Below are positions 11,605 to 25,129 of a DNA stretch of 64,000 bases, in pieces (within the stretch, counting starts at the first letter, position 1; each line of letters starts with the position of its first letter). The DNA lies in assembly GCF_963921235.1 (NCBI RefSeq), contig NC_086097.1, forward strand, positions 250,358,001 through 250,422,000, read 5' to 3'. This stretch comes from Mobula hypostoma (lineage: Eukaryota). Both the position numbers and the translations under genes were made by a program. Under the pieces are notes generated by a model, which saw nothing but the letters and a program-made list of their open reading frames with translations, ran no database searches and was not told the DNA's origin.

Positions 11605-12410
11605 TTACTTTATGCTATGCCTGTTGGCGTTTAGGGCAGCAATGAAGGTCCTCCATTCTTGGCGGTTTTCAGGGCTTCCTTCATCGTGTCAGTAATTTCC
11701 ACTTGGTTTTCACTACTGTCAGTCATGCAAGTCCCAGGTGGAGACTCAGGAATACCGTCGCAGTCTGATGTAGAAGGATTCTTCATTGCTGTTTCCGTAA
11801 CAGTTTTGCTCGACCAGTCAGGTTTGTTAGCCCTGAGCTGAATTCTTGAACCTGGAGGAGTGGTGGACCACTCTTAGTCTGACCTCTGTTCTTTGACCTG
11901 TTTAGCATGGGTGTTGGGTCTCTATCAAATGAGGTGTAAGGTGCTCCTTCCCTCTGCTAGCTTGCAGGTCGCCCTTGGGCAAGGTGTAGCACCTACTTAG
12001 CCCCCAATCAGGGTCATGTGAAGCCACGGGAGCAGGTGGTGGATGGTCGTACGAGCAGCTGGTGCATATCACATTCTGGTTATGCGATCACTGACACCAG
12101 GCAGACAGCCTCTGAAGATTATTGATAATGGCCAGGGTCACCTGTGTTGTAAAGACACTGCCCAGACGAATGCAATGGCAAGCCACTTCTGTGGAAGAAT
12201 TTCAAATTTCAAATCAGAATTTGAAAACAATCATGGTCATGGAAGGACCATGATCACCCACGTCACACAACACGACACATAATGAATGAATGAACAACCC
12301 TACCAAGAGCCAAAGTGTAAAGCCCTGACTCCCCCCAGCATAACTCTCCGAGTGATTGAAGCATGCAAGCCTCCAAACCCAACGACAAGGCTGGGGTCCT
12401 CTTCGAGGTT
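11605..12410 (-). mobile_element. RTE-like repeat split by a nested SINE-like element
   Basis: An uninterrupted homolog at ~59200-59530 reads gggtg|accctaccaag; here 11915-12295 sits at that junction. The RTE clade label is tentative. Confidence 0.55.
11915..12295 (+). mobile_element. RTE-tail SINE-like element with a (GAAT)n tail
   Basis: gcaatggcaagccacttctg motif, as in RTE-mobilised SINE tails, and a gaatgaatgaa end. A second copy lies in reverse at ~49850-50215. Confidence 0.6.
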
Positions 12411-13384
12411 AAAACACGGAGGCAACTCAAATGTAAACCTACTTCTGAAAGTAAAGTGGTTTTGATTTAAAATCTGTAAGAAGTTTGCATCAGTATCTCA
12501 GACAAATCCTGCTGCAAGATCCTTTTCTGAATTCTTCTCCAAGCATTGACAGTATTTGTACGACAGATCTGGCCACCTTGTTCCTTAAGGTCACCATTTA
12601 GTTCATTGTATTGCAGATAAAAAACAGTATTATCTTTTTGTTTGAACATTTTGTCCTCTTTTGCACATTGTTTATTTGTTTGTCGTAAATTCTATGGTAT
12701 TTCTTTGGTTTCCTGTACTGTAAATGACTGCTAGAAAATGAATCTCGAGGTAGAATTTGGTAACAAATAGGTAAGCAAGTAGTTCAAAGACAGAGGGAAA
12801 ACTAGTGAGGAAGTGTTCATGGTTCAGGGTCCATTGAGAAATCTGATGGCAAAGGGGAGGAAGCTGTTCCTGAATCGTTGAGTGTGTGTCTTCAGGCTCC
12901 TGATGGTAGCGATGAGAAGGTGACACAATAGACAGTGGGACAATCGTGCAAGGAAAGGAATAGCAGAGTCATATTTGAGATTTGAGCATTCGATATTGCA
13001 GCAGGAGTTCTTCAGGGCCTAACCACTGTCAGCTGCCTGAAAAACAAGCTGAGAAGTGGGGATATTTGCCAGTATTTTGCAATCCTTCTGATAATGACAC
13101 AGTTTACCATGTCATGCACTAAGACTGGAGGAAAATATGGTTGTGCCAATCTAGTCTGCTCGTGATGTTGGGCAATCATTTCCCCACCTTTGACATCTTA
13201 GTGTCTCTATGCGCCGGAACATAAGTTCCACCTACCCTACTTCATAAAAATACGGCTGCATGATGTGCATACTCAACTCCTCAAGAACAACTTCCTCCCC
13301 ACCGCCATTGGATATGTTTCAGATGGTCCCAGCCTTTCTTTTGCCATGGACCCCTACCATTAGCCAAGAGGTCCGTGGACCCCA

Positions 13385-13610
13385 GCGTAGATATTATTAC
13401 AGTACTAGTGATCTGGGTTCAATTCCCTTCGCCATCTGTAAGAATTTTGTATGCCCTCTTCATGACTGCGCGAGTTTCCTCCGGGTGCTCTGGTTTCCTC
13501 CCACAGTCCAAAGACATACAGGTTCGTAGGTGAATTAGTCACGTGGGTGTAAGTGGGCGGTCTGGGCTCGTGGGCTGGAGGGACCTGTTACTGTGCTGTA
13601 TCTCCAAGTA
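13385..13610 (+). mobile_element. tRNA-derived V-SINE (HE1-like)
   Basis: B-box ggttcaattcc followed by the V-domain gtttcctccgggtgctctggtttcctcccacagtccaaagac. Confidence 0.75.
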
Positions 13611-14180
13611 AAAAGATGAAAAGGTTATTACAACATTGTGGGCCAAGGAATCTGTACTGTTCTGTGTTCTGAATGGTCCACAAACCCATGAACACTACCT
13701 CATTATTCAGGAGTTCCGCCGAAGGGTCTCGATCCGAAAAATCAACTCTACTTTTTTCCATAGATGCTACCTGGCCTGTTGATTTCCTCTAGCGTTTTGT
13801 GTGTGTTGCTTAGATTTCCAGCATCTGCAGATTTTGGTTTGATTACTATCTCATTATTCATCTTTTGCACTATTTATTGATTTTTGTAACTTCTGGTAAC
13901 TTACAACTTGCAGTAATTTTTTAGGTCTTGCACTGTACTGCTGCCACAAGACAACAACCCTCATGACGTGTCAGTGATATGAAACCTGATCCTGATTCAG
14001 TATTTATATTAGCACCCTGCAAGAAGCTGCAAGACTGACTAAGATCCAGTGTGCAGCAGCCGGGGTCGTTTAGACCCAGAAACAGACCCTGAGCAGGAGC
14101 TGCACGTTTCCCAGTGTGTTCTTACCCTGACTTACACATTTCCTGACACCTTGCTATCCAACCTTCCGAGAAAGCCATCA

Positions 14181-15125
14181 ACATAGTCATAGTCATACTT
14201 TATTGATCCTGGGGGAAATTGGTTTTTGTTACAGTTGCACCATAAATAATTAAATAGTAATAAAACCATAAATAATTAAATAGTAATATGTAAATTATGC
14301 CAGGAAATAAGTCCAGGACCAGCCTATTGGCTCAGGGTGTCTGACCCTCCAAGGGAGGAGTTGTAAAGTTTGATGGCTACAGGCAGGAATGACTTCCTAT
14401 GATGCTCTGTGTTGCATCTCGGTGGAATGAGTCTCTGGCTGAATGTACTCCTGTGCCCACCCAGTACATTATGTAGTGGATGGGAGATATTGTCCAAGAT
14501 GGCACTTAGACAGCATCCTCTTTTCAGACACAACCATCAGAGAGTCCAGTTCCATCCCCACAACATCACTGGCCTTACGAATGAGTTTGTTGATTCTGTT
14601 GGTGTCTGCTACCCTCAGCCTGCTGCCCCAGCACACAACAGCAAGCATGATTGCACTGGCCACCACAGACTCGTAGAACGTCCTCAGCATCGTCTGACAG
14701 ATGTTAAAGGACCTCAGTCTCCTCAGGAAATAGAGATGGCTCTGACCCTTCTTGTAGACAGCCTCAGTGTTCTTTGACCAATCCAGTTTATTGTCAATTC
14801 GTATCCCCAGGTACTTGTAATCCTCCACCATGTCCACACTGACCCCCTGGATGGAAACAGGGGTCACCGGTACCTTAGCTCTCCTCAGGTCTACCACCAG
14901 CTTCTTAGTCTTTTTCACATTAAGTTGCAGATAATTCTGCTCACACCATGTGACAAAGTTTCCTACCGTAGCCCTGTACTCAGCCTCATCTCCTTTGCTG
15001 ATGCATCCAACTATGGCAGAGTCAGCCGAAAACTTCTGAAGATGACAAGACTCTGTGCAGTAGTTGAAGTCCGAGGTGTAAATGGTGAAGAGAAAGGGAG
15101 ACAAGACAGTCCCCTGTGGAGCTGA
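14181..15125 (-). mobile_element. Rex1/Babar-like LINE, 5'-truncated
   Basis: ORF 14469-15104 (LSPFLFTIYTSD, LQLNVKKTK, YKYLGIRID) with an (ATGACT)n tail. Confidence 0.88.
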
Positions 15126-18100
15126 TCACTCTGTTGGACACATCAGCTACAGGCACACTTTCAAGTTCAGGTCAATGGAATTCCACTGGCCCTGTACATC
15201 AGGGATTAAGATCAATCGCAAAAGACATAAACTTGAAAAGAAAGGACATCAAAAATAGGATCAAAATTATATCCTTCCAAGTTCTAGTTCAAGTTTCACT
15301 GCCATTCAACCATACATGAATACCCATGTATACCAAATAAAACAGCGTTAACTCCAGTGCCAAGGTGCGACACACAATGCCAGCAGTCATACATGGCACG
15401 AGGCATATATAAGATAGCAAACACATATAAGATATCAGTAAAATACAGTCACACAAAAAATATAGTCCAGGACCCTGACTCCATGAAGGCTGCAGCAGTC
15501 TGCAGACGAACACAATACAATGGACCATGTGAGAATGAGAAAAATTTGGAATATCCAAAGATATTATGTTCAAAGTTTCAAGTAAACTTATTATTAACGT
15601 ATATATATGTCATCATATATAACCCCAAAATTTGTTTTCTTGCGGGCATACTCAGTAAATCCAATAACCGTAATAGAATCAATGAAAGACCACACCCAAC
15701 AGGGTGACAACCAATGTGCAAAAGACAACAAACTGGGCAAACAATAGAAAAAAAAAAGAAATAACAACAACAACAAATAAATAAATAAGCAATAGTTATC
15801 AAGAACATGAAGTGAAGAGTCCTTGAAAGTGAGTCCGACGTTTGTGGGAATGGTGTGGTGATGGGGTAAGTGAAGTTGAATGAACTTATTATCCGCTCTG
15901 GTTCAGGAGCCTGATGGTTGAGGGCTAATAACTGTTGCGTGACACTCCAGTCCATGTGTTGTAGGTAATTTCATTGCAGTCAGAGCGAGACTTACAGGAT
16001 TTTAATAGGGATCTCAGAGGAGAAGCCAGACATTTTGTCCTGTTGAACTTGGAGAGAGCAACACACACAAAATGCTGGAGGAATTCAGCAGGTCAGACAT
16101 TCATGGAAGGGAACAAACAGTCAGCGTTTTCATCGGGGCTCTGGATTTCCAGCATCAGCAGAATTTCTTGTGTCTCGTAGATTATGGTGTTTTCATACAC
16201 TTACTGCATTATCCCTTTACAAGAAAGACTACCGATTTCCGAGATATTTTTTAAAAGACTTGGCACGTTTGTAGTGACTGATTGGAACTCAATCCAGGCT
16301 TCAGTTTTAAAACTGGTAATATGGGGCTCGCTGGAGACATCCCTGAATGTGGAGAGGATGTTTCCCATAGTGGGGGAGTCCAGAACCAGAGGGCACAGCC
16401 TCAGAATAAGGGGATGTCTATTTAGAAACATAGAAAACCTACAGCACAATACAAGCCCTTCAGCCCACAAAGCTGTGCCGAACATATCCCTACCTTAGAA
16501 CTACCTCGGCTTAACCATAGCTCTCTATTTTTCTAGGATCCATGTATCCATCCAGGAGTCTCTTAAAAGACCCTATCATATCTGCCTCCACCACTGTCGC
16601 CGGCCGCCCATTCCACACACTCACCACTCTATGAATAAAAAACTTACCCCTGACATCTCTTCTGTAGAACAGAGATGAGGAGGGATTTCTTTAAGCAGCA
16701 AGTGGTGAATCTGTGGATTTCATTGCCATAGACAGTTGTGGAGGCCAAGTTGTTGGGTATGAGCAGAGGCCGATGGGTTCTTGGTTAGTCAGGGTGTCGA
16801 AGGCTGTGGAGAGAAGGCAGAAGAATGGGGTTGGGAAGGATAATAAATCAGCTATGATGGAATGGCAGAGCAGACTCAATGGGCTGAATGGCCCAATTCT
16901 GCTCCTATGTCTGATGGTCTAATGATTTTATCCTGCAGCCATGATACACAAATGGTAGAAGGACTTAATGCTTCCAGAGGATGTCCTCTTCAAGAGGTGG
17001 TGTGTCTGAAAGTGAACCACTTTTAGAAACATAGAAAACCTACAGCACAATACAGGCCCTTTGGCCCTCAAAGCTGTGCTGAACATGTCCTTACCTTAGA
17101 AATGACCTAGGGTTACCCATAGCCCTCTACTTTTCTAAGCTCCATGTATCTACCCAGGAACCTCTTAAAAGTCTCTATCGTATCTGCCTCCACTACTGTC
17201 GCTGGCAGCCCATTCCACGTACTCACCACTGTCTGCGTAAAAAACTACCCCTGACATCTCCTCTGTTCCTACTTCCAAGCACATAAAAACTTTGTCTGCT
17301 CATGATAGCCCTTTCAGCCCTTGGAAAAAGCCTCTGATTACCCACACAATTAATGTCTCTCATTATCTTGTACAGCTCTATCAGGTCACCTCTCATCCTT
17401 TGTCGCTCCAAGGAGAAAAGGCCGAGTTCACTCAACCTATTCTCATAAGGCATGCTCCCCAATCCAGGCAACATCCTTGTAAATCTCCTCTGCCCCTTTT
17501 CTATGGCTTCCACATCCTTCCTGTAGTGAGGTGACCAGAACTGAGCACAGTACTCCAAGTGGGGTCTGACCAGGGTCCTATATAGCTGCAACATTACCTC
17601 TTGGCTCCTAAACTCAAACCCACCATTGATGAAGGCCAATGCACCGTATGCCTTCTTAACCACAGAGTCAACCTGTGCAGCAGCTTTAAGTGTCCTATGG
17701 ACTCATCTGATCCTCCACACTGCCAAGAGTCTTACCATTAATACTATATTCTGCCATCATATTTGACCTACCAGAATGAACCACATAACACTTATCTGGG
17801 TTGAACTCCATGTGTCACTTCTCAGCCCAGTTTTGCATCCTATCAATGTCCCGCTGTAACCTCTGACAGCCCTCCACACTATCCACAACACCCCCAACCT
17901 TTGTGTCATCAGCAAATTTACTAACCCATCCCTCCACTTCCTCATCCAGGTCATTTATAAAAATCACGAACAGTAGGGGTCCCAGAACAGATCCCTGAGG
18001 CACACCACTGGTCACCGGCCTCCATGCAGAATATGACCTGTCTACTACCACTCGTTGCCTTCTGTGGGCAAGCCAATTCTGGATCCACAAAGCAAGGTCC

Positions 18101-20247
18101 CCTTGGATTCCATGCCTCCTTACTTTCTCAATAAGCCTTGCATGGGGTATCTTATCAAATGCCTTGCTGAAATCCATATACACTACATCTATTACTCTAC
18201 CTTTATCAACATGTTTAGTCACATCCTCAAAAAATTCCTTCAGGCTTGTAAGGCACGACCTGGCTTTGACAAAGCCATGCTGACTATTCTTAATCATATT
18301 ATGTCTCTCCAAATGTTCATAAATCCTGCCTGTCAGGGTATTTTCCATCAACTGACCTGCCACTGAAGTAGGGCTCTCTGGTCTATAATTTCCTGGGCTA
18401 TCTCTACTCCCTTTCTTGAATAAGGAAACAACATCTGCAACCCTCCAATCCTCCGGAACCTCTCCCGTCCTCATTGATGATGCAAAGATCATCACCAGAG
18501 GCTCAGCAATCTCCTCCCTCGCCTTCCACAGTAGCCTGGGGTACATCTCGTCCAGTCCTGGTGACTTATCCAACTTGATGCTTTCCAAAAACTACAGCAC
18601 ATTCTCTTTCTTAATATCTACATGCTCAAGTTTTTCTGTCTGCTGTAAGTGATCTCTACAATCACCAAGATCCTTTTCCATAGTGAATATTGAAGCAAAG
18701 TATTCATTAAGTACATCTGCCAACTCCTCCGGTTCCAAACACACTTTTCCACTGTCACACTTGATTGGTCCTGTTCTCTCACATCTTATCCTCTTGCTCT
18801 GCACATACTTGTAGAATGCCTTGGGGTTTTACTTAATCCTGTTTGCCAAGGCCTTCTCATGGCCCCTTCTGGCTCTTCTAATTTCATTCTTGAGCTCCTT
18901 CCTGCTAGCCTTATAATCTTCTAGATCTCTATCATTACCTAGTTTTTTTGAACCTTTCGTAAGATTTTCTTTTTTTCTTGACTAGATTCACAACAGCCTT
19001 TGTTTACCTTGGTTCCTGTACCTACCATCCTTTCCGTCTTATCTGAATGTACCTATGCAGAACTCCACGCAAGTATCCCCTGAACATTTGCCGCATTTCT
19101 ACTGTACATTTCTCTGAGAATATTTGTTCCCAATTTATGCTTCCTAGTTCCTGCCTGATAGCCTTATATTTCCCCTTACTCCGATTAACCAATTTCCTAA
19201 CTTGTCTGTTCCTATCACTCTCCAATGCTATGGCAAAGGAGATAGAATTGTGATCACTGTCTCCAAAATGCTCTCTCACTGAAAAAAAAACTGAGAGATC
19301 TGCTACCTGACCAGGTTCATTTCTCAATACTAGATCAAGTACAGCCTCTCCTCTTGAGGGCTTATCTACATATCGTGTCAGGAAACCTTCCTGAACACAC
19401 CTAACAAACTCCATCCCATCTAAGCACCTTGCTCTAGGGAGATGCCAATCAATATTTGGGAAATTAAGATCTCCCACCACAACAACCCAGTTATTATTAC
19501 ACCTTTACAGAATCTGTTTCCCTATCTGCTCCTCGATGTCCCTGTTACTATTGGGAGATCTATAAAAAACACCCAGTAGAGTTATTGACCCCTTCCTGTT
19601 CCTGACTTCTACCCACAGAGACTCCGTAGACAATCCCTCCATGACTTCCTCCTTTTCTGCAGCCGTGACACTATCTCTGATGAACAGTGCCACACCCCCA
19701 CCTCTTTTGCCTCCCCCCCTGTCCTTTCTGAAACATCTAAAGCCTGGCACTCGAAGTAACCATTCCTGCCCCTGAGCCATCCAAGTCTCTGTAATGGTCA
19801 AAACATCATAGCTCCAAGTACTGATCCACGCTCTAAGCTCATCCGCTTTGTTTAGAACACTTCTTGCATTAAAATAGACACATCTCGAACCATTGGTCTG
19901 AGTGCATCCCTTCTCTATCACCTGCCTATCCTCCCTCTCGCACTGTCTCCAAGCTTTCTCTATTTGTGAGCCAACCGCCTCTGCCTCCGTCACTTCAGTT
20001 CAGTTCCCATCCCCCATCAATTCTAGTTTAAACTCTCCCCAATAGCCTTAGCGAGCCTCCCCGCCAGGATATTGGTCCCCCTCAGATTCAAGTGCAACCC
20101 ATCCTTTTTGTACAGATCACACCTGCCCCAAAAGAGATCCCAATGATCCAGAAATCTGAATCCCTGCCCCCTGCTCCAATCCCTTAGCCACACATTTATT
20201 CTCCACCTCACTCTATTCCTATACTCACTGTCATGTGGCACAGACAG

Positions 20248-23200
20248 CAGGGGCAGTGCTAAGGTGGTGCTAGATGGTGCTATCCCCCAGCAGAAATTGC
20301 AATAGCACCAGCGTAGCACCACCAAGAAATTAACTGAAATTTCACATACAAATTGCAGCTGCTTTACTTTCTCTGTATTGTTTTGAATACAGCTTGTTTC
20401 TCCAGTTGATCTAGTGAAACAGCACCCCCAATTACCATAACATCCACGCGCAATGAAGTTATAAACTCTGTCAGATCCACTCTACACTTTGTTCATTGTC
20501 AATGTCTTACCATTGCTGTCCTCAGATCAGTTAAGCTGATCTAAGGTGGTTATGTCACTCACTCTCACTCACGTGAGAGATTGATAGTATACATCTAGGC
20601 GCAGATCCGTGGTCTTGTGAGACTAATGGATGCCACATACACACACAGAGAGCTTTTACAAGCTAGTGTGGATCTGGCACGTGCATTATTTTGGCCGGTG
20701 GGAAAAATGGATCGATTTTTAGTGAGAAAACGACCTCATCCAGAGGAATCAGTGGTGTCTCAGCCTGAGCCTGTCTTAATTAGATAGATAGATATACTTC
20801 ATTAATCGCGAGGGAAATTTAGTTTCGTTACAGCCACACCAACCAAGAATAGAGGGTAAATATAGCAATTGAAAGTGACATGCAGAAAGAAGTAAGTGGG
20901 GATGAGGATGACAGCAGTTCATCGAAGGAAACATAGAAACATAGAAAATAGGTGCAGGAGTAGGCCATTCAGCCCTTCGAGCCTGCACCGTCATTCAGTA
21001 TGATCATGGCTGATCATCCAACTCAGAACCCTGTACCAGCCTTCCCTCCATACCCCCTGACCCCTGTAGCCACAAGGGCCATATCTAACTCCCTCTTAAA
21101 TATAGCCAATGAACTGGCCTCAACTGTTTCCTGTGGCAGAGAATTCCACAGATTCACCACTCTCTGTGTGAAGAAGTTTTTCCTCATCTCGGTCCTAAAA
21201 GGCTTCCCCTCTATCCTCAAACTGTGACCCCTCGTTCTGGACTTCCCCAACATCGGGAACAATCTTCCTGCATCTAGCCTGTCCAATCCCTTTAGGATTT
21301 TATACGTTTCAATCAGATCCCCCCTCAATCTTCTAAATTCCAACAGGTATAAGCCTAGTTCATCCAGTCTTTCATCATATGAAAGTCCTGCCATCCCAGG
21401 AATCAAACCATGAGAAGATTTTCCTCAGGGTGCAAGCAATTGTTTATAGGAAAGTTTGAATTCTCTTTCCTGAGGGAGTCCCTGTAGCCGGGCATCAACC
21501 TGGCTGAGGGATCCAAGGTAACATTCCTTCCTTTGTTGCTCAAATCAATGTTTTCTCCAACTAGAAACCTACTGCATATTGAGAGGCCGAGATAGAGCCA
21601 AGGTGGATAAGGTGTTTTTTTCTTGTAATTTATTTTTTATTGAAATTTAGCATCATACAAACATTTCCATAAGATGTATTTCAGATATTGTATGTATATA
21701 TCATATATTCATGTTTGCCGCAAATCTCTACATAATATTTATCTGAGGGATTTGGAAGAGAACATGGATGAAGCTGCTCTTAGTGTTAGTGGGAATACTG
21801 TTAGCAATGTTAGCCAGCAGCCTGACTAACAACCCCGTCGGCCAGCATTGAAAAAGTACCCTTCGCTGCTCGCAACAGTTTGGCAATCAGCAAAGGAGTA
21901 TTCGTGGCTGGTTTGACTGACTGGAATATTCGATCACGAAAGATACTACGTTCTGCTTCGCATGCAGGCATTTCCTGTGTGGAGGACATGGGTTCCATTC
22001 TGAGTCTACCTTCACTGTCACTGGTTACCACAACTGGCGGAAAGCTACAACAGCTTTCAAAACCCACCATGTAAGTGCAGCTCCTAAGTTCGCTATGGAG
22101 GCATGGGCCGAATTCAGATTGAGAAATCAATTCGGTTCAAGATTGGGAAATATGCTTGACAAAGGACATGCAAAGATTGTCCAAGAAAATCGTGAGTATA
22201 TGAGAGCTGTGGTTGAGTCTCTAGCAAGGACAGACAGTGAATGACACAGTGGAATTTCTAGCTCCAATGAGACCCTACCGCGAATCATTTATAGATTTAT
22301 ACAAACTCATCTGCATATCACTGACTCGGCCTGTGACATCTGCCTCATGCAAACGGAGTTTCTCTTCCCTCAGATGCCTCAGAAACTACCTAAGAAATAG
22401 CAGCGGCGATGCTCGGAACAGCAACTTGGCCCTGTTGGCCATAAACAGCTGGAGGACCAAAGCACTTGACATCCAGAAAATCACTGATGCTTTCACCACC
22501 AATCACAACAACAGAGGGATTGTGCTTCTCTGAAAACATCAATGGTGAGTGCAGTTGATTTTTTAAAATTTGGGCCAAGACTAATGCTGATTATTATTAT
22601 TATTTTGTGGTGGATACCCCATAGTCCTAATGTTTCCTGCAAATCCTAAACTATTACATTTATTGCTATTAAGCCTACTGGTTTTGCTTAGACTTCCAAG
22701 CGGTGATTCTGTTGATTTTTGTTTTAAATTCAGTAGCCGAATTAATTGAGGTATTGCATGGTCAGAGTACGATTTGTCCAACTCCTGGTAAAGCCTTGCA
22801 TCTGTTGTTTGCCTTATTTGACTTTAATAATGGTGTATCTTTTGGCATTGTCTGTCTATGCAATGCAAATAGCAGTGGGCATTGTGGGTTTGTGTTGTGT
22901 TTTTCAGTTGAAAAGCACGCATTTGACGCTGATTGCGGGATTGGTGCGTGATTCACGTTGTGCGCTGTGGGTCAGATGCTCTGTTGGTTTGTTTGTTGAT
23001 GCTCTGTGTAGCCCGGGTTGTCTCTGATGCTGCTGACACTGTCACAGTTCACTTCTATATTATATTTATCAATTGCTGTTGCTTGTGAATCAACGGAGGC
23101 ATTTATAGTGGGCACATAATGCTTGAAACTGACTTTTGAACGCCACACGTCTGGTCTTGCGAATACATATTACCATACAGTACATCCCTCAGCACCATCA

Positions 23201-23258
23201 CTGAATAATTCAGCCCCTCCGTAGCACCAGCAAGAGAAAATCTCTGGCGCTGCCACTG
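20248..23258 (+). mobile_element. hAT DNA transposon (ZMYM1/Tip100-like transposase remnant), internally deleted
   Basis: Exact 8-bp TSD ACAGACAG at 20240-20247 and 23259-23266. Imperfect TIR: CAGGGGCAGTGC versus CAGTGGCAGCGC on the opposite end. TTF zinc-finger remnant (WFD*LEYSITKDTTFCFACRHF, ~21905-21975) and GYHNWRKA. hAT dimerisation domain in ORF 22237-22533 (PVTSASCKRSFSSLR..RNYLRNS). Confidence 0.93.
20928..21405 (-). mobile_element. Young CR1 3' fragment nested inside the hAT element
   Basis: ORF 21023-21406 is nearly identical to the ends of 1876-3985 and 62388-64000; (TTTCTATG)n tail. Confidence 0.9.
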
Positions 23259-23680
23259 ACAGACAGTAATCCTGAGATTACTACCTTTGTGGTCCTACTT
23301 CTCAACTGCCTTCCTAACTCCCCGTAGTCTTTTTTCAGGACCTCCTCCCTTTTCCTACCTATGTCGTTGGTACCAATATGTACCACGACCTCTGGCTGTT
23401 CGCCTTCCCGCTTCAGGATATCGTGGACGAGATCTGAAACATCCTGGACCTGACAGGCAAACTACCATCTGCGTTTCTTTCCTGTGTCCACAGAATCGCC
23501 TGTCTGACCCCCTAACTATAGAGTCCCCTATCACTGCTGCCATCCTCTTCCTTTCCCAACCCTTCTGAGCCACAGGGTCAGGATCTGTGCCAGAGGCATG
23601 GCCACTGTTGCTTCCCCCAGGTAGGTCACTCCCCCCAACAGTACTCAAGCAGGAGTACTTATTGTTGAGGGGGACAGACA

Positions 23681-24475
23681 ATTCTATAGATTCACCAGTC
23701 TCTGGCTAAAGAAATTTCTCATCTCCATTCTGAAAGAACGCCCCTCTTTTCTGAGACTGTGTCCTCTGGTCCTGGACTCTCCCACTATAGGAAACATCCT
23801 CTCCATATCTACTCCATCGAGGCCTTTCAACATTTGATAGGTTGCCCCTCATACTTCTGAATTCCAGTGAATACAGGCCCAGGGCCATTAAACGCTTTTC
23901 ATATGACACGCTATTCAATCCTGGAAACATTTTCATGAACCTTCATTGAACCCCCTCCAGTGTCAGCACCTTTCTAAGATAAAGGGCCCAAAACTGCTCA
24001 TAATACTCCAAGCGAGGCCTCACCAGTGCTTTATAAAGTCTCAGTATTACATCCTTGCTTTTATATTCTAGTGTTCTTGAAATGAATGCTAACATTGCAT
24101 TTGCCTTCAACACCACTGCAAATTAACCTTTAGGGAATCCTGCACAAGCACTCCTAGGTCCTTCTGTGCCTCAGATTTTTGAATTTTCCATCCATTTAGA
24201 AAATATTCAACCCTTTTATTTCTTCTACCAAAGTTCATGATCGTACACTTCCCGACACTGTATCCCATCTGTCACTTCTTTGCCCATTCTTCTAATCTAG
24301 CTAAGTCCTTCTGTAACTTCTCTACTTTCTCAAATCTAACTGTCCCTCCACCTATCTTTGTATCATCTGCAAACTTTGCAAGAAAGCCATCAATTCCATC
24401 ATCCAAGTCATTGACATATAATGTAAAAGAAGCAGTCCCAACACAGACCCCTGTGGAACACCACTAGTCACTGGA
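23681..24475 (-). mobile_element. Degenerate CR1 ORF2 fragment
   Basis: ORF 23706-23936 (LGLYSLEFR) and a GVPQGS-like remnant at ~24450. Confidence 0.8.
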
Positions 24476-25129
24476 ATGTATTATAATCAGTATCATGTAC
24501 ATCTTGGAAAATAGGCACATTTAGATTTAAACCTTATGAGTTTTAAACAAGACTGAATTTCATCGATTAAGAATGGAATTTGACGTTACACAGAACTTTC
24601 AGCTTTGGCAGAGCTTCTAGAAACTTATGGTGTGAGGCTGCCTGACAAGAACCTTGTTAGATGCTCCAATCAGTCACTTAGACCAATGGCTTTAATTATG
24701 AACAGACGAGACCAGGAAAAGTGATCCCCAGTGTGCCCGAAAGCTTCTGAACGCATGGAATAAAAATTAGCGTTTGAGTGCCGTAAATCAATACCCCAGT
24801 CCACAGGACGATGACATCATCATGGCACAGTTGTGTGATATTTTTCGACATGCGCCATGCAGTTCAGATCTTGCATTTCATTAGCGTGTGACTGAAGGGG
24901 AACAGCCCAGCTTCATTTATTCCATTTCCAAGTTGTTCCAATGGATGTTTTAGATCAGAGTTTGGCAAGATCTCAAAACGTTTCCATACCCCGAAGTGTG
25001 GTTTAACTGGAGAGTGTTGTTACAAGAGGAATGACTGTGAAGTGACAGCACAGTTAATGTTCACAGTTCTGTACAACACAAGAAACTGTACAGTTCCAAA
25101 GTGTGAGAGTCCCTCTGTAACTCTGAGAC

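Larger units (their letters stand above)
17025..23680 (-). mobile_element. Near-full-length CR1 LINE (ORF1 esterase + ORF2 endonuclease-RT), interrupted by a hAT transposon
   Basis: ORF1 SGNH esterase: VIGDSIVR at 23355-23681, continuing as WDLFWGRCDLYKKDGLHLN at 20023-20247. APE endonuclease: [41 protein letters not shown]. (TTCTATG)-type tail at ~17025. Confidence 0.92.

Noticed and set aside
22237..22533. Possible host ZMYM1/domesticated transposase exon
   Set aside because: Lies between TIRs with an 8-bp TSD; upstream parts carry stops and a core deletion, so it is a dead transposon.
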